Positions 12,953 through 24,800 of a stretch of 64,000 nucleotides of DNA are shown piece after piece (position 1 is the first letter of the stretch; each line of letters opens with the position of its first letter). The stretch comes from Balanoglossus misakiensis. Its lineage: Eukaryota > Animalia > Hemichordata. A program made the position numbers and the translations under genes. The notes beneath the pieces were generated by a model, which saw nothing but the letters and a program-made list of their open reading frames with translations, searched no databases and had not been told where the DNA came from. Where the stretch lies: assembly GCA_040954595.2 (NCBI GenBank), contig CM082589.2, positions 11,234,894 through 11,298,893 on the forward strand, read 5' to 3'.

Positions 12953-14381
12953 CAGTGGCCAGACATGTCCGGACGCTCAGGAAGGCCGTCAGTGGCCAGA
13001 CATGTCCGGACGCTCAGGAAGACTGTCAGTGGCCAGACATGTCCGGACGCTCAGGAAGACCGTCAGTGGCCAGACATGTCCGGACGCTCAGGAAGGCCGT
13101 CAGTGGCCAGACATGTCCGGACGCTCAGGAAGACCGTCAGTGGCCAGACATGTCCGGACGCTCAGGAAGGCCGTCAGTGGCCAGACATGTCCGGACGCTC
13201 AGGAAGGCCGTCAGTGGCCAGACATGTCCGGACGCTCAGGAAGACCGTCAGTGGCCAGACATGTCCGGACGCTCAGGAAGGCCGTCAGTGGCCAGACATG
13301 TCCGGACGCTCAGGAAGACCGTCAGTGGCCAGACATGTCCGGACGCTCAGGAAGACCGTCAGTGGCCAGACATGTCCGGACGCTCAGGAAAGCGCTCAGT
13401 GGCCAGACATGTCCGGACGCTCAGGAAGACCGTCAGTGGCCAGACATGTCCGGACGCTCAGGAAGACCGTCAGTGGCCAGACATGTCCGGACGCTCAGGA
13501 AAGCTCTCAGTGGCCAGACATGTCCGGACGCTCAGGAAGACCGTCAGTGGCCAGACATGTCCGGACGCTCAGGAAGGCCGTCAGTGGCCAGACATGTCCG
13601 GACGCTCAGGAAGGCCGTCAGTGGCCAGACATGTCCGGACGCTCAGGAAGACTGTCAGTGGCCAGACATGTCCGGACGCTCAGGAAGACTGTCAGTGGCC
13701 AGACATGTCCGGACGCTCAGGAAGGCCGTCAGTGGCCAGACATGTCCGGACGCTCAGGAAGACTGTCAGTGGCCAGACATGTCCGGACGCTCAGGAAGGC
13801 CGTCAGTGGCCAGACATGTCCGGACGCTCAGGAAGGCCGTCAGTGGCCAGACATGTCCGGACGCTCAGAAAGGCCGTCAGTGGCCAGACATGTCCGGACG
13901 CTCAGGAAGACTGTCAGTGGCCAGACATGTCCGGACGCTCAGGAAGGCCGTCAGTGGCCAGACATGTCCGGACGCACAGGAAGACTGTCAGTGGCCAGAC
14001 ATGTCCGGACGCTCAGAAAGGCCGTCAGTGGCCAGACATGTCCGGACGCTCAGGAAGACTGTCAGTGGCCAGACATGTCCGGACGCTCAGGAAGGCCGTC
14101 AGTGGCCAGACATGTCCGGACGCTCAGGAAGGCCGTCAGTGGCCAGACATGTCCGGACGCTCAGGAAGACTGTCAGTGGCCAGACTTGTCCGGACGCTCA
14201 GGAAGACTGTCAGTGGCCAGACATGTCCGGACGCTCAGGAAGGCCGTCAGTGGCCAGACATGTCCGGACGCTCAGGAAAGCTCTCAGTGGCCAGACATGT
14301 CCGGACGCTCAGGAAGACTGTCAGTGGCCAGACATGTCCGGACGCTCAGAACGCTCTGTAAGTGGGGCTGGACATGTCCGG
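12953..14381 (+). repeat. Left subterminal tandem array, 37-bp unit, ~38 copies
   Basis: Unit cagtggccagacatgtccggacgctcaggaag(g/a)c(c/t)gt with period 37 (12953, 12990 and so on). Copies are nearly identical. Confidence 0.98.
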
Positions 14382-15253
14382 ACACTACACATTTAACACA
14401 AGTATGCCTGAACATGCAGATATATTTACAAAATAGAAATTCTTTATTAAAAATGAAAAGAACAACCATCAAGAACACTGTGGCCCTTTCTGGTGATTAT
14501 ACATAAACAGGTGTACACCAAAATTAAAACTACATTATATGCAAACATCACCAAAGTTGTACAACATCCTACTTCAATAACCATGGTGAACATGCCTACC
14601 AAAGCTTAAGGCAATCTGACGATCAAGTTAAAAGAATACAATGTTTATGAATAACTGCAAAATTCTCCTAAGAGCACAGATAATGCCAAAAATCGGCCAA
14701 AATTGCAAATTTTACAATAATTTGAGACCTTACATTTTTCATTCCAATATATCACATTATAAAAAAATTCGACTGGACATGCATATCAATTATTCAAAGC
14801 AATCTGACCAGAAGTTCTGGAATTTATTATTACAGAGTTTTGACAAGTTTTACATTTTCCCACTAATTTGCAATGACAACTTCATTTGAATGATATCTAC
14901 AGCCAGGTCTGCATCTACACACCAATTATGAATGTGATACACATAGTGGATTCCAATTTTTTGGTTTGGATGAACATACATACATACACATAAATACATG
15001 TACATACAGACCTATGTACATGCATGACGTTGACCTAACGATCCAATGAGGTAAAAGTAAGTAAAGTGGTTCTGTGGCTGTCATATTGACTCTTGAAAAA
15101 GTATGTTGCTGCGATATGAATGTCATGGCTATTTTTGTGACACTGTATTGTCCATGAAAAATTTCTGAAAACATAATCACTCATGGACGCAAAACAAAGA
15201 ATTTACCTTCTTTTATCTAAGTTGATATCCACATAGGTTTATAAAAGCTAAAA

Positions 15254-18200
15254 TTATGGATCATCCTCTTCCCAATCCATATTCTCTTCTGAATAATTCT
15301 CAACTGCTTGTGTCTCGCAACGAATACGGCAAAAGTCTGTCTTCATTTCATCATTGTCAACACCAACAGCATTTACACCATTGGCTAATGCTGTTACCAA
15401 GGCATTTCCTGAAAACAAAAAAATAGAGAAAGAGTTTCAGCTGTGCAGTAACACTACCTTGTACTTATGTTACAATGTCACCAAAGTAACACACCAGCCA
15501 CCAATCAAACTGATAGGAATGCGATGTGAATTAAAGTTTTATGAAGGTGTTCAGTAGTAATGTGTAACTGCTCACAGGGAATACAACTATACCACATAGT
15601 CCTGTTTAAACATCAGTGCACTTAAATTTCCTTTGGTGGCTAAATATCTATTAAAGTGGAACGTTGTGATCCGTTTTTGAGCCAATTCTGCGAAATGCGA
15701 TTAAAAAGTACTATGAAAAACGTTGGTTTCATTCACTTTCACTTACGCATAACAGAGCTACAGCCAGCCAAAAACTGCGCGAACCCGGAAGTGAGTGACG
15801 TCAGCAACTGTTGTCCGCTGCCGACGCGTTGGAGCGAGCTTATGCTTATACACGCCTGCACTCACGCGACCGACGACGTTAGCATAGCAACATATTCTCG
15901 GGTAGTAGGCTACAATTTTGAACCAGAGATTCCCTTCTACGACCAAGCGACTGAATTTTACAGAGGACAAAAGTTCATGCAGTTCTGATCTCCGATGTGT
16001 CCCGTTTGTCAAGGCTTACACTTGGTGTGGTTTCAGTGAAACCATAGACCCTAGAGTCTATGGTGAAACAGACAATGCTGCAATTAAACAATACCCTCCC
16101 TCGTTGTCTCTCCCTCGTTGTCACCTTTTCGAACCACTTTTCTTACAAAAATACTTAGTCACCTTTTATGGAGTTGAAAAGAACGCAGGTGCATCGTCCT
16201 GCTCTCCAGGTGTAGTACGTCCGTAGTATAATGGAAGCCAATGCTATAGTTATTGTATGCATGTTTCGTCTCTTGAAATGTATTAAAACTGCCCTTTTTA
16301 GTTGCTTTCATTTGATAACTATGCGATCGTCAATAAATGGAAATTAAACCCAAATACGTGTACCAAAAAACGTGCAGGAAGGATTTAATACGGTACGTTT
16401 ATTATTATCAGCGGCAGTTAGAACAACTTTGTATAGGCCTTACGGTTTGTTCATAAACGTCGACATGCATGGCATCATGGACATTGCAGGGTCTATGTCT
16501 GCACGCATCGACAAATACAATACTAGTACACGAAGAGCACTGCCTTTGAAAGAAACTTATCCCCGTCGATTTTCCGAATATGTTTTTAAAATCATGAACT
16601 TGACATTTCGCCATGTCAGATCCGCGCAAAATGTGTCTGTTTATTGGAAATGACACGTCGAACGTGTAAGTTGCTGACGTCACTGTAGTATTTTCAACGC
16701 GCGTCTACTGCTTGCGCAGGAAGTGAAAGTGAATTAACCCATCGGAACGTTGCCGTTTTTGACACCCGGATTGTACTTTGAAGCCCAAAATTGAGGGTGT
16801 CGTTCCACTTTAATATCTATTAATACTCTCAGGGATAAATATCATGTTTAAAGAATCTGAGAGGCTTTTTTTGAACAAGCAAGTCAGCTTAAATATTTCT
16901 CTGCATTACCTGATTATCAGGCAGTGAAACCAAACCAAAACAGACTTTGATAGTCCTGCACATTGCTGTATCATTGTACAAACTGCGGAATGGTATTTTA
17001 AAGTGTACAATACTCATCAATGAATTCTGCGTACTTGTCAAACATGTACTCTCAGCTGTGACAGCTGTCATATTTTTGGTTGTTTGTTTTGCTAGAGATG
17101 CTTATTTTTTTAGAATCATCTATATCATTGAAGCTTAGGTTTTTAAGTCAAATGAAGAATCTACAACCTTGTTTAAAAATTCTGGATCAGATGTCATTGT
17201 TGAAACATACCTGCGCCACATCTGCCGTCTAGCATCCATGATCCTTTATGGGTAAAATTCTTAATTATAATGTCATAGATTTTCCTGGGTTTCTGGTCGG
17301 CACAAACCATGCGTCCCTCAGCATCTCTGTCTGGCATGTCACTGGTAACAGTCCAAAAATTATGGTGGCCAGCCACAGACACTTGATCGTTGGTAACTCC
17401 ATTTGTTTCTGATGCATATGCAACAACAAATGCCTTGACAGCAGGTGTCATCGTGACTGTAGATACTATAGACATGAGAAGAGAAGAAAAGTATAAGAAA
17501 TATACCCTATACAATGTACATGTATTGTATCTGGTGCCATTTGATATTTACTTTTGCATTATGCAACAAGTAGCATCCATGGCATACAACATGACAGCAA
17601 TTTGAATTTACATTCCTATTCTGGAAAAATGAGATGAAAAAATAAACCAACAGCAAAGCTTATATGAGTAGAGCACAAATGTCTCATAGGAAGGCAAGTA
17701 TATATGCTCAGCTTTTCTCAGATCTTACCTGGTTTAGTATTTTCGATGTAATAAAATGCCTCCTCTATTTTTCGGAAGCATCTGGCTTCTTTCAGCGTAC
17801 TTCTTACCATAGACAACTTTTCAACGTCACAGAGTATCACTAGTCTATAGCTTCCTAATTTTGTATTTAGGTTCTTGACAACAATTGTCAACTCCCTCAG
17901 GTCTTCAGCTGTCCATTCCTGGATATTAAAAAGATCACACCAAAAAAGAATAAATCAGTTAGGATTTCCTTAGTTATTCAGAATATTTGTAAATACCAAA
18001 CTTTGACGGGCAGCGAACATGTATACTTCACACCAAATTTGAACTTGGTTGGCAATGTAGAATTTGGGAAGAAGTCATTCAAAGGTTTTCAGAAAATCCA
18101 ACATGGCTGCCAGGTCATGTGACTTATTAAATATTCATGAGTCACTGCACGACAACTCATTGGCCCCTATCAAGTTTGAGCCCAGTAGGTGCTGTGGTTT

Positions 18201-21200
18201 TTCAGATTTAGCTGGCCGAGAAAAATCAGGGAAGAAAAATAATAAGAACAAAAAATTCCAACAAAACCAATAAAGTACTTACAGCTGGTAAATCCATGAG
18301 GATTAACTCAAATCCTTCAGCGGTGACATCATTATCATCTAGATATTGTGGGTTTAGTTTAAGAACTTCAGTGTTGAACACTGCCCCTTGGCACTGGTGA
18401 CTGCCAGAAAAAACAGGGCAGAGCGCTTTCCTGGCAGCTTCATCCTTTGATGCAGCTCTCCTCAGTCGTCGACAATAACCCTTAAATGGTTCCGGTGCTG
18501 TTGGCTTGAAGTTTAGTGTAGCAAAACGTAGAAGACTACTACGATTTGTTGCATCTGGATACCTTTTCATAGCCTCGCTCCAATCTTCAACATCCATCTC
18601 AGAAATGAATGCCCGCTGAATTAGCAAGAGTTTTGTTAAAGTTTTGCTTTCTTTCACCATGTCATCAAGGCTGGTCCTCAGGTCTAAAACATCACGAACA
18701 AGTTCTTTTATGGTGTCTTCATCAAGGGAGCGCAGATGTTTAAACCGATACGGCTTTATATCAGGTTTGCTGATTCTGTCCTTTTTTAGCAGTCTCTGTT
18801 TTTTTATGTCACCTTGATCGTGAAGTTTGAACAGCTTCATAAACAAGGAATACAGATCCTCATCATACGATGCAATCATACATGCCATATCCACTTCCTG
18901 TGTGATCTTTTCCTGACAGACAAAAATAAAACAAATTAGTTATTTTCAGTAATTTAGATTCAGCAAGTAGCAATAGCCACCAATTTGCAAAGGAAAAACA
19001 AGTCAAAGCCACACTGTGAACATAGGTGACAATTGGCCAAATTTCCGATAAATCTTTTCATTTTAAACCACTAATGCAATGCACATATTGATGGATGCCC
19101 AGTGATTGGATCTGCTTATGAATATCAGTCAAACTAAAATTTACTAGGGGCTGCTTGGACTGCACTATTTCATCTTCAGTAATGAATGGTGTTTGTTAAA
19201 ATCTAGCAGTAAAAGTCACTCCAAGGTGCTATAATTGTTCTATGTAACTTAGTACCACTGCCAACATAATCAACATTGAATTACCTCATTTAGAATTATC
19301 TTGCATGAATTTTTCCACTCAGCCTGAGTGACATTCTCGGATATTGCTGATCGATTGGCACGGCAGATAGCCACCTATAATAAAAAATGTAACATAATGC
19401 CATTATGATCATGTACTGTAGTATACAGTGGTATGACAATGCAAGTCCAAACATGCAAAAATATAACAACTGAGAACATACCAGTATTAAAATTTGTGTT
19501 TGTGATCAGAGTTTATAAGGCTTCTCTCTTGGTGACCATTCACACACAAAATTGTGAAAGGCCAGGGATTGAGTGACCCTGCTTTATTTGATAGAATCTG
19601 AGCTCCTGCTCAAACAAACAGCATCAAAACCCGAATAATTTCTGACACCAATATCACATATTTACCTTGTCTTTAAACGACAGTCCATGGCGGAATTCGC
19701 CTGTTTTATTGTGTCGAACCCCAAGCCATTGTCTTTCTTCTTCACCAAGAGCAGCATACACAACACAGTTTAGCTTCTTGAACCGTTCTTCATTAGGGTG
19801 ACGCTTAGATAATTCCTGTGATGCAAGAAGTGTGTGGTTTCCTCCAATGACCTCATACTCATAACCATTAACCTGTTTAACATTTTAGGAAAATTAGAAA
19901 AATTAAGTGTCAAATCGACTTGTTACCAACTTGTGAACAATATACATATATAAATTTCTTCAAGGAAAAATTTTGCACTTTGACTCACCTTTGTCTTGTC
20001 AAATTGGGCTGTACTTGCTAACCCTTTCACTGATAGGCAGAGAGGCTGATAAGCTTCGTCCCTATAAACCTGCATGGACTTGATAAGACTTTTTAGGAAA
20101 ACTGGGTCCTGTTCTCTTACTTGTTGACTTCCAGTTTCTAAGGCACGTGTGCTGACCAAAAAATGACCTTGAATGCAAGAGGAACATGTTTTAGATCAAC
20201 AGACAATTTTCATCTTAACAGAGCTGTATGTTTTGGGGTATAATGATTATCTGTAAAAGTTCAATCCGCTGATCAGAACATCCAACTACTGAGAAAAGCA
20301 TGCAGATTTGAGTGTCCCATAGTAATGTTACAGAAACTAGTGGGAACACCATTTGCCTAAGCAGCACCTCCAACAAAATGAGTCTAATTTGGTGGTGCTT
20401 TTATTCTGTATTGGTTGAGGAGTGGGGATCATGACCTATGAGTGTCCAATTATGTACTATTGCAACATCATATAGATGTTAATTTCACATAAAAAAAATA
20501 GAATATAGTCACTGTAGCACTAGTAACGTTGTTATTTAGGATTTGCTCATTCTCTACTAAAAAGTAAAGTTTCCAGTAAATGGGAAAATTCATAACCTGC
20601 AAGTTGTTCAAAATTTTTCATGATTTGTGAATAATGTTTCTTGGAGCCTTTTTAATGAGTATTTAGCTTACAGTGGAACAGCATTACTAGTCTCACTATA
20701 TTTTTGAGCTCACAAAGTAACCTCATCCAGCTTTTTTGGGAATCGATTGGAAATCAAATTCAAATACAGTAACTTACCACAAAATGCACGCTGTACATTT
20801 GTTTCAACACTTAGTCTCTCATCATCTTGTGGTTTTTTCTTCAGTGATAAAGCACTCACAGATATGTCTGAAAGCTTGCGCTTCTTTGACCTGGCTCTGC
20901 TAACTAAACATGATTGAAAGAGACACATAATTGCTATGACAAAAACAACAATAGATCAGAATCAGAATACAGTGCCTCTTCATCCAACAAAATCATTATA
21001 CCCGAGATATTTCACATAGACTTAGCTATATTAACACTTACACTTTATCGAATGCTCTCTCTTTGTCAGCTCTACAGTGTGATTTTCCACTTCTTGGCGG
21101 GGTGCTGTCTTCTGACATACTGGATTCACACTCATCTTCTTCATCAATGGATGAAGTTGATTTCTCCAAGTTGACCTGCCCTCTCAGGGATTGAAATATT

Positions 21201-22061
21201 TCAACCATTTCCCCCGAAGAACAGGCTTCTCTAAACTTCTTGCTAAAGGGTGACTTGTTCCATTCGAAGAAATCTCTCTCCAAAATAAACCTAAATCCAG
21301 CTTCTTCGCTCCCTGTTACAAATTTAAACTGAAAAAAGAACGAATGGTTATCGATCAGAAATAGTCTTAGTTTTTGGGTAGTTCTCAGAAAATTATGAGT
21401 GCTGTACTATGGTCGAAAACGTGTAAACGTAGCTGTATCGCGGGGGTACAGGTCTGTGTGTTTCCGGTGTTACACGGCCGTGTACCGCCGGGAACACACG
21501 TACACAGACGTGTACGCAGGGCTAGGGTACCCACTATTCTCAATATACAGGCTCGGGCCGTTACTGTGGACGTACGTTCCCAGGCAAAACCTCGGACGAA
21601 CTCTGGTTTTGTGTCGTGTCTGAGCCTCGAGCTACGTAACAACTCGCTGTGGAGTCGTTGTACCATGGCTCTCCCTCGACAAGGGGATCGGATAGCGACT
21701 GTCCTTGAACGTGTAGTCGAGTGTACGCACATGGCTACGAACGCACAGAACTGCACTCTGTAGCTCTGTGTACAGGTCTGTGTCGCCGGGCTGGTCCCCG
21801 GCGTGGTGGAGGCCGTGTAACGCCGGGAACACACAGACCTGTGCGCAGAGCCAAGTCCCTCAACAGGGACTTCGCCTATATGTACCAGTATTACAAAAAT
21901 ATGCTTACCTTGAGCTTACCGTCGGCTACAGACATCGACTTAATCGCACCGAACTCGGTACCCTTCTTTCTATTCTTCATACGGCACCGCTTACCATTTT
22001 CCAGGCAGTAGAGATACACTTCGTCATCTACTTCTTCGAGCCACCACTTTCTCTTGCCCAT
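15254..22061 (-). CDS. Transposon-borne ParB/Srx-like domain plus beta-class amino-methyltransferase-like protein (~752 aa, 10 exons)
   Basis: Exons (GT-AG, phases consistent): 22061-21909 (ATG in ACCATGG), 21328-21042, 20899-20778, 20167-19989, 19872-19666, 19374-19285, 18912-18283, 17918-17729, 17456-17211, 15408-15254 (TAA). ParB-like part: QVRE..LKSLIKSM..YQPLCLSV..YEVIGGNHTLLA..RHN. MTase-like part: LILMDLPAEW (motif IV position), QKPRKIY, WMLDGRCGAGNALVTALANGVNAVGVD (motifs I-II). Confidence 0.8.
15655..16809. mobile_element. Non-autonomous Kolobok-like element in the last intron of the ParB-MTase gene
   Basis: TTAA|AGTGGAACG ... CGTTCCACT|TTAA. Internal inverted motifs: gtgacgtcagcaact/agttgctgacgtcac and ttcactttcactt/aagtgaaagtgaa. 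Confidence 0.8.
18030..18272 (-). repeat. Fragment of the dispersed repeat family at 40458-43930, inside a transposon intron
   Basis: caccaaatttgaact...atggctgccaggtcatgtgact...actcattggcccctatca matches 41440-41640. Confidence 0.75.
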
Positions 22062-22129
22062 GGTGAAATGTTGGACATCTCTCTACTAGGAAGCGTCTTA
22101 TATAGGTGAAAACTGCATTCATCTTAGAG

Positions 22130-22353
22130 CGTTAAACGGTTGACAAGGCTTGGATCACCACTGCTTTTGCAATTGTAGGTGTTAATTGTTTACCCGACGC
22201 TTGGCAATGCTCTACAGGGACGACGCTGTCACTTCCTGTTTACTTCCAGGCGCGCAAGCATCGTTTGGGCGAGTTTATTTCCAATGTTGAGTCCAAAGCA
22301 TTGGGCAATCTTTGATCAACTTTTAACGCGCAACATCGGCGAAACTTTTGAAC
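22130..22353. promoter_or_regulatory. Duplicated block upstream of the ParB-MTase gene (copy 1)
   Basis: cgttaaacggttgacaaggcttggatca...gtcacttcctgttta...gcgcaagcatcgttt...gttgagtccaaagca is also present at 24313-24582. It is CpG-rich and begins ~70 bp from the ATG. Confidence 0.5.
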
Positions 22354-24312
22354 AAAAATATGACAAGTCCGATGTTCTGCCAAGGCAGAACCATTTCCGG
22401 TTACCGCAAAAATAAACAAATAAATAAATACGCGGTCAATACACTTGTCTACGGCTCTCGAGCTCCGCGCAGTAACCCCCAAAAGAAATGGTGCTGGTCT
22501 TGACATCTTGATATCAACGATGCGAATTTTAACTTTTTCCTCCTTGGATCAATCCTAATTGTCCACATTCTCATGAAGTTTTGCTATACCCCTGTATATA
22601 TATGGCGGAATAAATTGCACACTTAGACAATGCACTGTGTTCTGGATGTCACTGTACAACTTTACATGTATTTTAGCACAACATTGAAAACTCGGACTAC
22701 TTCAGGTGGTCTGCGGGTAAAATGGGACGCGTGATGCTGACCACAACCATTTCATTATTTTTCCTTTTTTGGGCTGAGACGTAATGCAACTGTAGCAACA
22801 CCTGATTTGCAAGCCTACACTAAACTGAACGTGGAAGTGCTCGTCGACCCTACCAACATTTTCTAGCTCTGCGCGCGTACTGCAGGTCTGTGTGTTCCAC
22901 AGACCTGTGCGCAGAGCCTGACGCAGAGCTACACATTTTCGAGAGACATATCATTCTATTTTAGTATTTAACGGAATTTTACACAAAGAGGTTTGCAATT
23001 GTAACCATGCAATTTTATTCTAAAATGGCTTTAAACATCAAATTAGTAGCTACCAGGTTTCGCGCCATATGAGTGCTTACGCGTACGCTGTGCTTCGGAC
23101 CCAGCTGCCCACTGATCACATATAGACGGACGCCGCGCGGGCATCGTACGCGCACGCTCGCGTTGCAGAGCGATATACCAAAACTACAGTCACTCCACAC
23201 TGTACAGCTACATGTGATGTGAGAATCCACCGCAAATAGACTTTTATCTAGAGTAAAAGTAAACTTGGAGATTTGTGTGTTATTTTTTATGACGAGTGAA
23301 GTTGATCGTATAGTTTCGAACTTTTCACCAAAACACGTACACCGCGGCCCGCTAAATATGCAGCGGCGTTGGCTGGTTTATCACAGCGGCCCAACTGGCC
23401 TACCTGGGGTCTATATTAAGTTGGTGGAAATATGGGACATGTAAAATTGTTTTGCTGCCTTCACTTTTCATGTAATCTGACGATATCAATGTGCAAAACA
23501 GGTCGATTTGTTTCAAGGAATAGAGAAATCGATGGTCAGTGTACGGGTGTCAATCGGTTTCTTTTGCACCACGGAAACATAGACCAAAACATAGCTACCA
23601 TGACAAGTGAAAACTACTAGTATTTTATGTACCAGCCGCAGACAATGGTAGATGATAGAGAAGGTAGCGAGTGATCTTTTTCGAACATCCATGTATACAA
23701 GTCGTTTTTCAGGAGCCGTGCAACTTCCTAGGGCAACCTCGAGCTGCAGGCGAGAAGTTGTTCGCCAAGAGCTGTGAAAACGACGAATTGCATTTTTAAT
23801 GGGGAATGCCATGTATTCCAAAACCATTAATGTGACAGGATTTCAAAAAGTCTAAGAAACTTTCATTGTCGGCGAGGTCAAGTCAGTGCAGTCGGTCAGG
23901 ACATGTACGCGTTTCCGCGCAAATATTTATAAACGGTCGCTGCGACAGAATCTCAGCCTAGGACTTATAGAGTGTGACTTGTTTCCACATTTCGATGACT
24001 GGAGTTTCAGTTGTCAAGCGCTGAACTGGCCCGAAACCATTTCGGGATTTCTGTGTTTTTTTAGTTCGGCCGGTAAAGGTGACAAATGTCAGTTTGCACG
24101 AAAACAATTGCCCTTTTAATCGATCTAATCGTGACATAGCTGTGGTACTCAGCTTACCGGTATGGAATTTACCAAGAGAAAATGTCATGGAACCATAATT
24201 TTAAAGATCTTTACTGTAAATGCTAACGTTGTAAAATGTAAAATTTTCTGCATCTGGATTATTGATCTGTCCTCATTACGTCACACAGGTGGTGATTCAT
24301 GCGATAACGCCA

Positions 24313-24582
24313 CGTTAAACGGTTGACAAGGCTTGGATCACACCACTGCTTTTGTTATTGTTTATCCGACGCTTGGCAATGGCTCCACAGTGCCGGCGCA
24401 CCTGAACCTGTACTGGTTGCAGCTGTCACTTCCTGTTTATATAATTATAAGAAATGCAATGACTGACGCGCAAGCATCGTTTGAGCGAGTTTATTTCCAA
24501 AGTTGAGTCCAAAGCATGGGCAATCTTCGGTCAAACTACCTTGGTCAAACTTTAACACAAAACATTTGCGAAACTTTTGAAC
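24313..24582. promoter_or_regulatory. Duplicated block upstream of the transposase (copy 2)
   Basis: Direct-orientation copy of 22130-22353, ending ~220 bp before the transposase ATG. Confidence 0.5.
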
Positions 24583-24800
24583 CCCCCAAAACCCAAACTA
24601 ACAAACAAACAAACAAAATGACAGACTTTATACAAGCTCGAAGTTCATCTTTCGACACTTCCGTGTGACGTATGCCCGGGGACGTACGCATGGGCTCGTC
24701 CTACCCCGACCCCCCTCGAAAATAATAAACAGGTCAATGAGACGGACATCGAAAATCGTGTATAAAAAGTCGAGCTTGGCCAGTGACAGGGCAGTAAATC

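Noticed and set aside
12953-14381. CRISPR-like appearance (37-bp partly palindromic repeats)
   Set aside because: The units are contiguous with no unique spacers, there are no cas genes, and the context is eukaryotic.
12893-14506. Three long overlapping ORFs (475-537 aa)
   Set aside because: They arise from a stop-free 37-bp tandem repeat read in all three frames and are not a credible protein.
21374-24188. Many short ORFs in the CpG-rich region around cargo exon 1 and between the two transposon genes
   Set aside because: They have no recognisable motifs or consistent splice structure and are expected by chance in GC-richer sequence. A third small gene cannot be fully excluded.
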